Source: Cenococcum geophilum (taxonomy: Eukaryota). From it: a DNA stretch of 64,000 bases. The stretch is taken from contig CP158636.1 of assembly GCA_050273025.1 (NCBI GenBank), forward strand, positions 10,292,001 through 10,356,000, given 5' to 3'. Below are positions 1-14,300 of this stretch, one piece after another. Below the pieces are notes generated by a model. That model was not told the origin of the DNA. It did not search any database and worked only from the letters and a program-made list of their open reading frames with translations. The position numbers and the translations under genes are program-made. Each line of letters begins with the position of its first letter. The first letter of the stretch is position 1.

Positions 1-174
1 AGTTAGTAAGAGACTTATTACTAACTAAAGCTTTTTAAAGGGGGTCTTCTAGTTAAGCCGTCGGCTTAGTGTTCTATTTATTACATATATTACTGCTTTA
101 AAGACCTTAGGCTAGAGTTCTTTAGGTAGTTATACTTTAATTTATATATATTAAGACTTTATTATAATTACCCC

Positions 175-337
175 TGTCGGGAATAGGGCAAGCGGTCGTC
201 ACGTGTCGCCGCGGTACTAGCGTGGTGAGGAACCTTAAGTTCCTTACCTACCCCCTGATTCTGAACAACAAGCTTTATAACCAACATTTACTATGTCTAC
301 TTGAGTAGCATTGGTGAGTTACCCTATGACACCAACA
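175..337 (+). repeat. Copia-I 5' LTR
   Basis: Matches 6111-6273 apart from 8 transitions. Confidence 0.95.
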
Positions 338-3300
338 CTGATTAGTGGTTAAACATATAGTCAACTACAAAATAGCAAGGTTCTTAACAGAAGAGATAGT
401 CTCGTGTAGGGGTGCTATATGCGCTTATATAGAATGGATCCCAGCGATACTGTGCTACTTTAGACTTGCGGAAAACTAGTAACAGAAGTATTACTAAGTA
501 CTAAGAGATACTAAGTTGCGTCTATTACGCAGAACAACCACATTTACGAAGATTTGGTTAAGTACTTTAGGTCAGAAGTGTCACTAAACCTAAGGTCCTA
601 AGTTAACGTCCGAAACGCGTCAAAAACAACACTTTTAACACTCTGCCACGTTCCTAGCGGCCCTGCTACATCAAAATTACGTTAATAACGCGCTCTCTGG
701 CCCTTATACTTTATCAGCATCTAAGGCAGTTACTAGCGCGCCCTTACCTTATAATAATTTTAGCTCTGCCAGACTATTAAAGTTCTACTAGCACGCTATC
801 CCTATATTCTTAACACTCTCTACACGTCGAATAACTGTTATTATAGCGTTAACCTATCTAAAGAAGTATAAGAAAGATATTAACCCAGAGATATAGGACA
901 GACCTATAACCGACTTTATAACCGCTAAGTAAAAGGAGCTAAATAGATTCTTATTATACCGCATGGCATACTATAAAGACAGCAAATATAATAACACTAT
1001 ACTATGGTATTATATAAAGAAGGACTTTATTAGATGGATAAAGGAAATATAGGTTCCTATATATAAGGATCTTATATAGGACTTCCGTAACTTCCTTCGG
1101 AAGTATAAAGTATTTATCCCTATAGACGGGGGAGGTATTAGAGATATATTTAGGAGCATATTATTAAAGTAAAAGAAGAACATAAATGGACTCTATAAGA
1201 GATTAAGCACTAACTACGCACTATAAAGAAGCTTAACTTATAATGGAATCCAAGCAATACGCCACTAAAGACGTACTCTAGTTCTATTACTCTAGAACCC
1301 CCTACTTCGCGACTTAATAACCTTCAAACTCTCCCACAGTAAGATTAAGTACCATACTCTATTCCATCGAGCTCTACGTCCCCACTACAGCCTATAATAC
1401 AATTCCTACCTCCTTAATCTTAAATGCAATCTCAACCTGACCTAGCACCACTTAGAGGCATCTTAAAGTTGCTTACGGATCTTACGAAGCTCTATTTAGA
1501 CTAAGAAAAGAAGTTTAGCAGGGAGCTATATAATATCCTTAATTTAAAGCTACGTATCTTTTACGACTATTATTAGAAGGTAGGACTAGAACTTAACTAA
1601 TATTATAACGCCTATTCCGTTATACTTAAAGGCCGCGCCAGTACCTTCTACTATAATCGTTTAGTAGGAAAAGGGTATAATTTTAACCGTATAATATATA
1701 AGTTAAGATGCCACTTTAAAATAGAAGAGAATAAGTAACAGTATATATCGGAATAGAGAGAGACTACCTTCTTAAGGATTATCGCTATAAACCTAGGTGT
1801 TTCTTGACTTAATTATCTTTAAAAGCTCTTTAATTAACTTTAGATAATTTAGCGTGGTTTATCTAAATTATATTAAAAGGACTTTAGCCTATATAATTAA
1901 GTTATTAGCGTATGCTAAGGTGTTAAAGAATACAACCTTGCTCTCTTTAATCCTGTAAATACTTATAAAGGAGTATATGCTTAATTAAGATCCTCTATCG
2001 GCACCGCTCTATATTCTTAAGAAGTATAGCAATTTAACACTTAACTTTAACCTACTTTAATTAACCTAGACGATTAACACAACTATAACTAAACTAATTA
2101 AATATATCGTGGTAGGGGATATAGTAAAGGGTATAATTAACGCCAACTATAAGGCAATTGTGGAGGTCCTTATAGAGGTTTATTTTAAAGTAATTACTAA
2201 AAAAAGTATTACGTTTATAAGAAGCCAAATTGCTAGTTAACTAAGCACCCCCTTAATAGACGAAAAGAGGTATATAATAAGTTTCGCTAGAGTATAAGAA
2301 ACGTTAGAAACTATAAGGTTACTACGGCCTACTTCTAAAGCTTCCTAGTTTAATATAAAGGTGTAGAAGATCTTAAGGGTGAGGTTAATAAGACTAAACA
2401 ACTCCTTATAGATATAGAAATTAAGGACTACTCTCCCAACTAATACTTCACTAAGTATAGTAAGGTGGATGGTATATAAACCGTCGCTATTCTTAATAAC
2501 TAATCTATGCTCTATTCTATTACGAAGTTAAATATCTTTAATAAGCTAAAGGAGAGTTCCACGTTCTTATTTAACGACAGATACTCGGCAAATGTCTTCT
2601 ATAGTATTATGCCAGATACTAGAGCCGCAAAAATATCTATAGTAGGAGAATATTAAGTTTAAGCTCTTTAGTAGCTTAATAGCTCTATTTAGATTAACTA
2701 ATTAACGGCAGGCTAATATACAATTTGTTTTAGTAAGGGTATTATAGTCTCTCTTAGCACAATAAGGGTCTAAACCCCCTTAGGATATATTACCTTCCAC
2801 GTTATTCCTATAAACACTCCGTTTCTATTTTGCATTAAAGATATAAATAAATTAGGCGTTAAGCTTAATAACCTTAAGAATGTGCTTATTTAGGAAGATA
2901 ATTAGGTACCCGTTATGCGCAAATAGGGTCACCCCTAGTTGCTCCTTTATTAACTAGAAAAGAGTGTTGCTTAAAGCTACCTAACTAAGTTAGAGCTACG
3001 TTAACTACACCGTCGTTTTAGCCACCTATCTGTTTACCAATTACTTAGGGTTCTTTAGCAAGTAGGTTATAAAGTTAAGGTTAAGGCAATTAAGCACCTT
3101 ATAAAGTACTGCTATTACTACTAGATAAACTAGAAATCCCCTAGCCAATTTAAGTTTACCCTTAAAGATAACTACAACTTTAACTTCTATATTATTATTA
3201 ACGTTATATATCTTAGCGGCAAGCCAGTACTTTAAGTTATTAACTTCTTAACCTCTTTCTAAGCCGTACGTTTTTTAAAGGATATATTAGCTAGGAACGT

Positions 3301-6110
3301 ATAGAATACTCTTTAATTATACTAGATTAATGTTTACCTAGGACCCCCTAACCGAATTATCTACAACGCAGAAAAGAACTTCTTATCTGCAGAGTTTCGG
3401 CAATAGGTAAAGGTAACGGCAATTAAGGTTAAGGAAGTCCCTATTAAGGCATATAATAGTATTAAAAAAGTAAAGCGATATTACGCGCTATTACGCCGCG
3501 TATATAAGATTATTTCTTTAGAACTAGAGGGCGCTAGTAAAGAGCTTATCTTATAAATAGCTGTTAAGGCTATTAACGATTCCGCTAACCTAAATAGGCT
3601 TATACCTACGTTACTAGTCTTTAGCGCCTACCCTTAAATAACTAATAACTCTTTACTATCTTCCTCCGTTATATAATAAGCTAAGGCTATTTATAAGGCA
3701 ATAAAGGAGGTATGATATCTCTACGCCATGCGCTAGGTTAACGACGTACTAGGAATAAGAAATGGCCTAAACACCTTAACTACGCTTAATCTGCCACTCT
3801 AGTCTAAGGTACGCGTATAGCATAAAAAGGGAGAATAGTTAGGCCTATATAAACTTATTATAACTAATAGTTAAGCTTATACTATTTAGATGCCTTACGG
3901 GCCCACTTAATTCCGTTTAATTACTATTAAGCCCTACTATAAAGATAACAGTTCTAAGCCTTTGGAGAATACCCTAGAAGATGCCCTAGAGGAGAACCAC
4001 GATTAATATACCCTAGAAGGCGACTGCAATTCCAATATAATTATAGTAGATATGCCGTAACCATAACGCGGTAGAGGTCGCCTAAAGGGATTATAAAATT
4101 ACTAATATCTCGTTAACCTTAAAGAGCAATTTATTGCCGCCATTAAAAGTAAAGTTAAGTTATTAATAGCCTTTATAACAGCTAAAGAGAAGGCTAACTT
4201 TAAACTTGTAAAATAGCTCTAAAAGGAAGGTTATATTATAACTTTAAAAGACCCTTTTTAAGCATCTAATAAGTAGGAGATTAACAGTCTTATTATAAGA
4301 GGAGTCTTTAAATTTAAGAAGTATAACCCTACTAAGTTCAATAGAGTTTGCATCTTTAAGTTAAGAATAGTTAATAAGATTAAGGGTAAAGCTACTAACG
4401 CCCCATTTAAGAAATTAAGGCTTATTATCTAAGGTTATAACGATAATAGTAAGAAAGTAACCCTTATGTAATCCCTTATAATTTAACAAGCTAGTTAGCG
4501 AGTTATTATTACGCTAGCTCTCTCCTTAATAAAGAATAGAATGGCGGTTTATTTATAAGATATTACTTAGGCCTACACCTAATTAGAGATATACCTTTAG
4601 CGCTTAATATTGGCATATTTTCTAGAGCAAATTTGCCACTAATATCCTAAAGATACAATTATAGTTGTCCTTAAGCTATTATACGGAATCACAGAGGTAG
4701 AAACCTATTAGTGGGCTACTTATAGCAAGCACTATAAAGAGAAGCTTTTAATAACTACTTCTATATTTAATCCCTACTTCCTTATTATAACTACGGGAAC
4801 TCTATTCGGAATTATTGGCATATAAACTAATAATATAATTATTTTAGGAGACGACCAATTTTTAGCCCTTAAAGAGGATAAGCTAGTAAAGGTAAACCTT
4901 ATAGCAAAGCTAAAGGAAAGACTTAATTTAATAACACTATTACTCTTTAATAGATGTATCCTCTCCCTAAACAAGGATTCTATTACTTTACGCTAGAAGG
5001 GTTAAGGCAAGAAGATTAACGTTATTAACGTTAATTCTCTAAAGTAAGGATATGTAGAGTAACGCGCTTGTAAAGCTTATATTACTTCTATCTATCAACC
5101 TAAGGCTTCCTTTAATCTCTCTATTGCCGCCTAACACTAGGAACTAACTAAGGATAATATTCTTAACCTAAATAAGCGTCTTTTCTGGTAAATAAGCCAT
5201 CTTAATTAGGGACTACTCTATATACCTATTAATCTTCCCACTACTAAGCTCTTCGTGTTTATTAATAGATCGTTCGTAAATAATAAAGATTTTAGCTCCT
5301 AGCTAGGATATAAAATTATTATTACAAATAAATCTACTAGAGAGAATAACTTTATAATCTATAGTAATCTTATCTATTAGAGCTTAACTAAGAGTAAGCG
5401 CGTTACTTAAAGCGTCCTAGTATTAGAAATATATAGAATAGTTAGCGGAGTTAATATGGCAATTATAATTAGAACTACCCTTAAGATAATTATAAATCGA
5501 CTTAAACTTCCTATTATCCCTATAATCGTATACACCAACTTATATTCCCTCTATAAATATTTAGTTAAGCTTAGTACCATAAAGAAGAAGCGCCTTATAA
5601 TTAATATTATGGCACTTTAACAGTCCTATAAGCGTTAAAAACTCTTTAAAATTTAATAGATTAATAGCCAAGATAACTTAGTAAATATAATAATAAAGGC
5701 AAACCTAAATAAGGCACTAGAGACGTTTATTAATACAAATACTCTACATATATAAGTTAAAGGTTAGGTTAAAAAGGAAGTTTAAAGAAGTTAAGATCTT
5801 ATAGAACTTCGACTGCCGGTTAAAGTTATTTAATTAGTTAGATTCTTGCTAAGAGCGCCGCGCCTAATTAATTCGGGTGGCGGTGTAGTTTTACCGACGC
5901 TATTCGTTAAGCTAGCCAATTAGGATTTTCTATACCCGGTATAGAAAATCGCCATTAGCCCGCTTACTCCTAGCGCCTTGGCGGCTCCCTCGTCTTCGCG
6001 TTAACCCCTAACGCTCTTCTTCTTCTTCTTCTTCTCCTTAGCTTTATATCTTTATATGGTAGCAATCTATAAGTGTATATAGATGGCAACTACAAAAGAA
6101 GAGTTACTAG

Positions 6111-6273
6111 TGTCGGGAATAGGGCAAGCGGTCGTCACGTGTCGCCGCGGCACTAGCGTGGTGAGGAACCTTAAGTTCCTTACCCACCCCCTAATTCTGA
6201 ACAACAAGCTTTATAACCAACATTCACTATGTCTACTTGAGTAGCATCGGTGAGTTACCCTGTAACACTAACA
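6111..6273 (+). repeat. Copia-I 3' LTR
   Basis: Matches 175-337 and is followed by TSD ACCCC. Confidence 0.95.
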
Positions 6274-7262
6274 ACCCCCCTAAAACGTTCCGCAGGACCG
6301 TTCTATTCTAGTATACTTAGAGCTAAGTACTTTACTATAATACCTTAGTCGGCGACCTAGTTATTAAATTTACCTCTAAGGGATGTTTTATTATTAATAT
6401 AGATTATAATAACCTTAAAGCTATAGCGGCGCTTAACTGTATTACAATACTTAATAATTACTTAAGTAGTTAATAACTTCTGCGCGAACATTTTAACCTT
6501 ATTTATTTGTATTAAATTATTAAGGAAATATATTGCGTATTTATATCTATTATAGGCTTTAATTTCCTAAATTAAATCCACGTGTATATAGTAGAAGGGC
6601 CTCGTTACCTTATCTATAGGTGTCCTTCTTAATATAATCTTATAAGCTTTGCTAACTATATAGGTCTTATATTTAATTATTATAGGGCCTTATAAAATCG
6701 CCCTAGTTACTTCCTTAGGCAATTATTTAATAGTAGTACTTTCTACGTATCCGAGTTAACTATACCAAAGTTATCCGTCTACCTTTTAATTTAGTAGAGG
6801 TTCCGTTAATTTAGCTGCAAAGGACGCGTCCTCCGTCCTTAACTTTAATTCGTTATATTTAAGGGTTATCTAACTATAGTAATATCCGTAATATACAAAC
6901 TTCTCGCCACCACGACGGTAGAGGTAGTTACCCTTATTATGCCAAAAGACACCTTTTTTATTAAGTCTTTAATTATAGACTAGATTTATATAAAATCCTA
7001 ATATATACGTAGCCTTATTTAAATAAATCTTCTTCTTTCCTAATAGGGTAATAACTGTAACTTTAGCTATTCCGAAGCCTTTAATAGTTTCTATACTAGA
7101 TTTTATATACAACTAATTACTAGCTAGTTAGATATTACCTATAAACCTTATTTAGTTATTAATAATATATAAGGTTATCGTAGGGTTAAGAATTATACTA
7201 TTATAGAGAGCGTAATTAGATACAATATAAGCTCCAGCTTAATTAACTTTAAAGCTTCCGTG

Positions 7263-7480
7263 TGTTACGGCACTAGTAGAACTTAGTTACAAAACTTAGT
7301 AGAACTTCGCGGTTATATAACTAGAGGACCGTATAAAAAGAACCCTACTTTAACCGGCGCTACTTTTCTTCTCCTTTCCTTTCTCTAGCTTTAGATCCTC
7401 GTTTATAAACAATCCAATTATATAGGCTTACATGCATCCTTCTTGCTATACTCGTGCCTTGATTAACTAAGTTACTAACA
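7263..7480 (+). repeat. Gypsy-A 5' LTR
   Basis: TGTTAC...TAACA; matches 25471-25688. Confidence 0.95.
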
Positions 7481-8102
7481 TTATCTAAAGCTTATACTAC
7501 TCTTTCTTCCTAAGAAGGAACTTAAATATATCTACAAACCCTAAGGATAGGATAGAACCCTAAGGACATTACTAGGACTATAAGGACAGGACAGAACCAA
7601 AAGGATATATATAACACGAACCCTAAGAATAGGACACGTATAGACTAGAACCCCTAAAAATAAACAAATATCGGAAATTACCTAATACCCCTACTACTAT
7701 GCCAAGAAACACAGCAGCCGGTAAAGCCGCTGTAGGACCCTTAACTACCTCTAATAGTAAAACAGCAACTAACTTAAACTCCTAGGTAGAGCTTGCAGCA
7801 GCCAATGCTAAAATTAAACGACTTTAAGAGCTGCTTAAAGCTAGAGAACCCCCTATACCTAGCAATAAGTCATTAAACACCTAGAGACTTGCTATAGTCC
7901 TTAAGGCCCTAGCCTAACGTACAGCATTAACACCGTTACGGTCCGCGAAGGTCACGGACCCCCCGTTGCTTATAGATAGGACTAACCTTATATTTAATAA
8001 TTAGAAGCTTTAATTGCAAGACAAGCTTAAAGTTAATAAGGACCACTTCCCTACTGCTTAAGCTAAGATGGCCTATATCTTCGGCCGCACTAGTAGAGAT
8101 AC

Positions 8103-8317
8103 TGTAAGGGATATTATTGCGAACACCTTGGGTTGCCCTTAGAACAAACCCCGGACGCCCCTTAGATAGTCGCCGGTCACGTGCTAAAGGCATATACCCG
8201 TAGTATATAGTCTCCACAATCCTAAAGGCCTTACCTCCTTAAGGATTCGTCTCTTTTACTAATTTATCCTATTCCAGTCGTATCCTTATAGCCCCCTGTC
8301 TATAAGATCCCCTTACA
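8103..8317 (+). repeat. Gypsy-B 5' LTR
   Basis: TGTAAGGG...CCCTTACA; matches 19327-19541. Confidence 0.95.
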
Positions 8318-11300
8318 TTTAAATCCTTCCTACTCTTTTTTAGAAAGGTAGTCGGCTTTAAGGACTAAATTATTTATTTACATCTTTTGTTAACAACCAC
8401 CATTCTCCCTTAAAATCTCGCGATAACCTAAACGGAAACTCCATAGATACCTTATGGAAAGCCGTCGCGTAAAGGCAGGAAGGTCCCTTTAATAGCAAGA
8501 AATTGCGACAATATAACCCTCTAGGTAAGACGGCTAAATAAGCCTTAATACCTAGATGCTCCAGAAGCTCGAAGACTCTTATACACCTATAGTTACCACT
8601 AAGGAAAACGTAAATACCCTTTATAACAGTTATAACACTACCAGAAAGTAACTGGAACCCCTTTAGCCCCACCTAGGCTAATTAGAAGATTAAGCGTCAA
8701 AGGCAACTCTAAGATCTTCCCCTAAGCCAGAAATACTAGAGAAATACACTAACGCGTCTAACTAAGGAACCAACCGGAACCCTCCCAGAAGACCACTAGC
8801 CTATAATTAGTATAGTAGCAGTATATAAACTGCTTATAAGCTAAGCAGGCCTACCCCTTTAGGTAATCTAAGCTAATTACTAACTTAGGACCTAAGCCTC
8901 GTTAGGAAGCCTATACTAGCTACTAGTACTAATACTACCTTTATAGCAGGAGCCTTCTTAAGCCTAAGTTTAGAAGGTTAAGAGCCCTATATTAATCTCT
9001 TTTAAGATAGATATTAGGAAGCTATTATAAGGCTCTTGGAAGCCATATAGGAGAAAGCTACTAATAAATATATTAGAACCCTCTAAGGGTAAATTTAGAT
9101 TTAGTAGGGTCTAATCTAAGCTAAGTAAATTCTTTTATAACCTAGTTAAGGCTAAAGGCTTTCTGGGAGCTACCTAGTATCTACCTAAAAAGGTATAGAA
9201 GACTTAAAGAGTTATTTACGCTATAAATAGAAAAAGAATATAGACTAACTGGCTAAGGCCTTTAGTAGTTTAGAACTCTGCTATAGACCTAACGCCTAAT
9301 AGTTGGACGATTAGGTTCGTAAGGTAGATAACTTCTTTAAGATGCTAATAATACGAGATAATACTAAAGAGCGTATACGCTGGATTATTAGCAAAATTAA
9401 AGACCAATCGCTAAACTAGATTGCACTTAATTAGCTTAATAAAGAGTAAATTACTACATAGCCACAGCTGCAAACCTTCCTAAAGAAATAGACTTAAAAT
9501 CCGCATATTATATAATATAATAATATAGAGCTATTCTAGAATAGGACACAGCTAGACCGCTATAACTTCCGCCAGTTTATAAACTTTATAGAAACTTATA
9601 CTTAACAGATAGATCTAGAGCTCTTTAAAAATAAGGACGGTAGCATCCATAAAAAGGAGAAGATTAGGTTTATTTAGGCTAGAATTAAGCTAGTAATTTA
9701 TAACGAAATAAAGCGCGTAGGAGCCCTATCGCGGATTACTATATATACGGATTTTAAACGAGCAGTTCTAAACGCTAAAGACATAGTAAAAAACTAGACC
9801 TCTTTTAGTAGGAAGCTAGGGGGTCACTAAAAGCGCGGGTACTTTAGCAGTAACGTAGGGTAGACTTAACCTTTAAAGAAGCCATTTTTAAAGAGAACTT
9901 TAGAAGGGTTAAAGTTAGGAACCTTAAATAACGGGAAAAACTCCTAGGGCCAACCTAATACCTATTTGGCACCTTTACGGAAATACTTTAAGAAGTTAAG
10001 AGAAAACTCTAGAGGTAGATTTTATTGGAAAAATAAGCAGGGTGATAACCGCACTAATAATTTAAAAAAAGAAAAGCCCTAGTTATAAACCTCTCCTAGC
10101 TATAACTAGGGCAAGATATAGAAGAAAAAACTCTCTATATTACTATTAAGCTAGAAATAACACTCTTTATAGGTAAGATATAATAGTTCTAAGCACTATA
10201 CAATAGCGGCGCCGAAATTAATCTTATACAATATAATTTGGTAAAAGAGCATAAACTTATCCCATTATAAAGGTAGCGGAAACCTATTATAGGCTTCCTA
10301 GATAAGCATCGGATTAAGCTATATAGTGCCTATAAGCTTATAGTATTAGTAGCCGATATACACAACCACACTAAGGCGGTTAGCCCGCAACCCTTCTAGG
10401 CGGCTAACTTTATAGGTTATAACCTTATCCTTAGATACCCTTAGCTTATAGAAGTAGATCTTAAGATACGCTTTAAAACAGGAGCCTTTAAATAGTAAAA
10501 TGATAAAGATTTAAAAGGGCGTATATTACTAATAAGCTTAAAGGATATCCTAGAGAATATAGCCCTAGGCAAAATAGTGTACGCTCTATACCTAAAGGAG
10601 TATTAGATCTAACCCCTATTTAATAGCAAAATAGGTATAAAGCTTAATATAGGTAATAACTCCTCTATAATAGAGACCCTATAGGGAACTACTAGATAGA
10701 TCACAGAGATATTATAGGGAGGCGGCAATCTTAAGGATCTTATAAGATACTTTAACCGCTATAGGTTACTCTAGCTTAAGCAATATACGGAGAGTATACT
10801 ACAGCACCTTAAACGCTACGTTAAGGAGTTCTTTACCCTTTATTAGCTACCGTATAAAACGGTTTAATATATAGTGGCAACTATATATAAGCAACCACTA
10901 TAGCGTATAACGCTGCCTATAAGCATCTTAAGAGAGCTCCGGGACCTACCTAACGATAATATAAAAGATAAACGCGACCCTAATTTATTAAATATTCCAG
11001 TAGGCCTAAGGAACTTACTAAGGGTATTTTTAGGTAGGAGAGCTAAAGTCCTACCGCAGAACTTAGAGTATAATTACGTAATTAATCTAGAAGAAGGTAA
11101 ATAACCACTAAACCTTTCTATCTATAACCTCTCGCGTAAAGAGCTTAAGATCCTATAGAAGTACCTTAATAGCTTACTAGAAAAGGGATAGATCCGGCCT
11201 AATAAGTTGCCGTTAGGCGTACTAATCCTCTTTATCCTAAAACCAGATAGAACTATAAGGCTATACGTAGACTATTATAGTCTTAATAAGATTACAATTA

Positions 11301-14300
11301 AGAATAGTTACCTACTATTACTAGTTAGTAAAATGCTAGATCGACTATTTAGGGCAAAGATCTTTATAAAGTTAGATCTATAAGACGCCTATTATAGGCT
11401 CCGTATTAAAAAAGGGGATAAGTAAAAAACCGCTTTTAAAACCTAATACGGCCACTTTAAGTATCTAGTAATGCCTTTTGGGCTAGCTAATACGCCTACA
11501 ATATTCTAATCATACATTTATAAAGCCTTAGGGGGACTAGTTAACCGCATATATATCGTCTATTTAGATAACATCTTAATCTACTTAGAAGATAAAGATT
11601 AACACGAGTAATACGTCCGTGAAGTACTGGAACGTTTAAATAATTAGGGCCTCTATATTAAAGCGTTAAAGTATATCTTTAATACTAAGTAGGTTAAGTT
11701 CCTAGGTTATATTATAACGCCTATAGGTGTAGTTATAAACTTAGTATAAGTATAGATAATCTAGAAGTGGCCAGAGCCAAAGAGCTACTAGAATATTTAA
11801 GTATTTCTAGGCTTTACCAATTTCTATAGGCGCTTTATCTATAACTACTCAGACGTCGCCTAATATTTATTTAACTATATTATAAAAGCTTCCTAAGACC
11901 TAACCTAAGAAGCAAAAAGCTTAAAGGCGGCAAGAAAGAAAACTAAAAAGGGACTAACTAAATAGTATAAGCTATGGTTATAGCCTAGAAAGGTTTAGGA
12001 GGCCTTCTAGGAACTTCGCGCAAAGTTTATAAAAGCTCTATTACTGCGGCATTTTAACCTAGATTAGCCATTAATAATAATCACTAATATATTAAATTTT
12101 GCCCTTACTGGTATTTTACTATAACCTAATAGGTATCCGGACGCTACCCAGCTCTATTAAAAACCAGTAGCATTTTATAATAGAAAATTCTAGGGACCTA
12201 AAGTTAGGTATTATACCCATAATAAGGAACTGCTAGCTATAGTTAACTACTTTAAATAGTAGCGATATTACCTTAAGCACGCGAGCCATACCACTTATAT
12301 ACTCTTAGATTACTATAATCTACGCTACTTTATAACTATAAAGGAGCTTATACCTTAATAAGCTAGATAGGCAGAGGAGCTTACGCGATTTAATTTTAAG
12401 ATTAAATACAAGCTAGGGGAAAATAACCCTGCTAATAAACCGTTATAACGGCCAAACTATGCCAAAGGCTTTAAAACGGGAGAAGGAAAACAGATAATAG
12501 ATATCTTACTCCCTATATTATAGAACAAGCTCCGGGTATAGGATGCTTAAGTACCTATAGCTTTATATACTAAGTCTTAGGCGGTATAAGCCCTATTAGT
12601 TTCTATTAACGTTCTAGCTAGTACTCGGTCCATTGCCGATAAGGGTCTAAATATACCTAGACAGGACGTCCCTAATACATTCTCAGAACCTAGTAATATA
12701 CTATCCCTAATTACTAAGCTATCCCCTTAAACTAATAGTAAAGCTATAGAGCAATTGAAACTCGGAGCCCTATAATAACTAAAGGACTTTAACCTTATAG
12801 CGGCCTTCCTAATATATACGCATTAAAGAGTTACAAAATCTATGGTACTATCTAGTCTTATACTTAGAGCAGTATAGAACAAAATAGCTTTTACTTAGGA
12901 ACTATCTAAAGGGTTAATGGATCTTATCCGTAAGGTACAACGGAGGGACACTTTCTATACTATTCTTAATACAAAAGTAGACCGGAAACGTAACAGAAAG
13001 GAAGCTGCTAGACGCTACCATTAGGAACTAGACCCGATGGGCCTACTACGTAAAGGTAGTAAGGTTTAGGTGCTATAAAAAGTAAATCTATAATAGAAGA
13101 TTCTTATAAAGAATTACGATAATCCTCTAGGCGGCCACTATAGTTAAGCAAAGACAGTAGAATTACTTTAGTGTAAATACTATTAGCTAAGGCTTAATTA
13201 GAAAGTAAAGGAGTATATTAGCTATTATAAGAAGTATTAAGTATATAAGATCCGCAGGCATAAGCTATAGGGTCTACTTAAATTAGTTCCCCCTGCTAGT
13301 AAGCTATAGCAATATTACGCTATAGACTTTATTACGGATCTCCTGCTATCTAAAAATGGCTAAAGACAAACATACGATTTGGTCCTCGTACTTATTAATA
13401 GGTTTTTAAAGTACGTCTAATACTTTCCTATTAACAAGACGATTAATATATAAGAGCTCACTAACCTAATTAAGGAGAAATGCTTTCTTAAAGTAGATTA
13501 GCCGCACTCTATTATTATAAATAGGGGCAGCGTCTTTATAAGCCAGTACTAGTCAGATCTATGCTTCTATTTAAAGATAGACTATTATTATAGTACAGCT
13601 TTCTATTTGCAGACGGATAGGCAAACAAAACGCTAGAACTAAGAACTGGAGTCTTACCTGCGGATATATTTAAACTACTAGCAAGACAACTAATATAAGC
13701 TACTTCTATACGCGGAGTACGCTTACAATTTAAAGTAATATACATTGTATAAGTATACACTAATCTAGATTGCCTATGGCGTCCAACTATTTAGGTTTAA
13801 TAGTATACCTAATAATTACTAGCTAAGGCCGTATAATTAGTTATAGGATCCTACCGGGAAGTCTAAGGACATCCACTAAAGAGTATAAGGATACCTCTAG
13901 AAATAGAAGGGGTAATAAAAGTATATAAAGCAGAGCCTATAAGATGCCTAAGAGTAGTAGAGACTTTAGTATAACCGTAAGTACTAAAACAAGCATTTTG
14001 GAGTAGGCGATAAGGTTCTATTACGTTTAATAAATATTAAAACCCGTTAACTATTAAAGAAGCTTAATATAAGATACCTAGGTCCCTTCTAAGTTAAGAA
14101 ACGAATTAGTAAGCTAGCCTATTATCTCTAGCTACCCCTATTTATAGCCTATATATATTTAGTGTTTTATATAAACCTACTAAAGCTATAGTATAGACTA
14201 CTATTAGAAAAGAACTTCCGTCTAGGCCTAATTAAACACCCTAAGGTAGTGGGCGAGCGGTATAAGGTTAAAGCTATACTACGCTATAAGTCTATTAAGA

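Larger units (their letters stand above)
175..6273 (+). mobile_element. Full-length Ty1/Copia element ('Copia-I'), RIP-inactivated
   Basis: 163-bp LTRs at 175-337 and 6111-6273 (TG..CA). Perfect 5-bp TSD ACCCC (170-174 and 6274-6278). Copia domain order: LHRRF(S)H GAG-pre-integrase about 3005, LYGI RT motif about 4680, RNase H KKKRLIINIMAL about 5580. Many TAA/TAG stops. Confidence 0.95.

Noticed and set aside
4774..13760. Short minus-strand ORFs inside Copia-I and Gypsy-A/B (4774, 7936, 8370, 13536)
   Set aside because: Chance antisense frames in RIP-mutated retroelement sequence.
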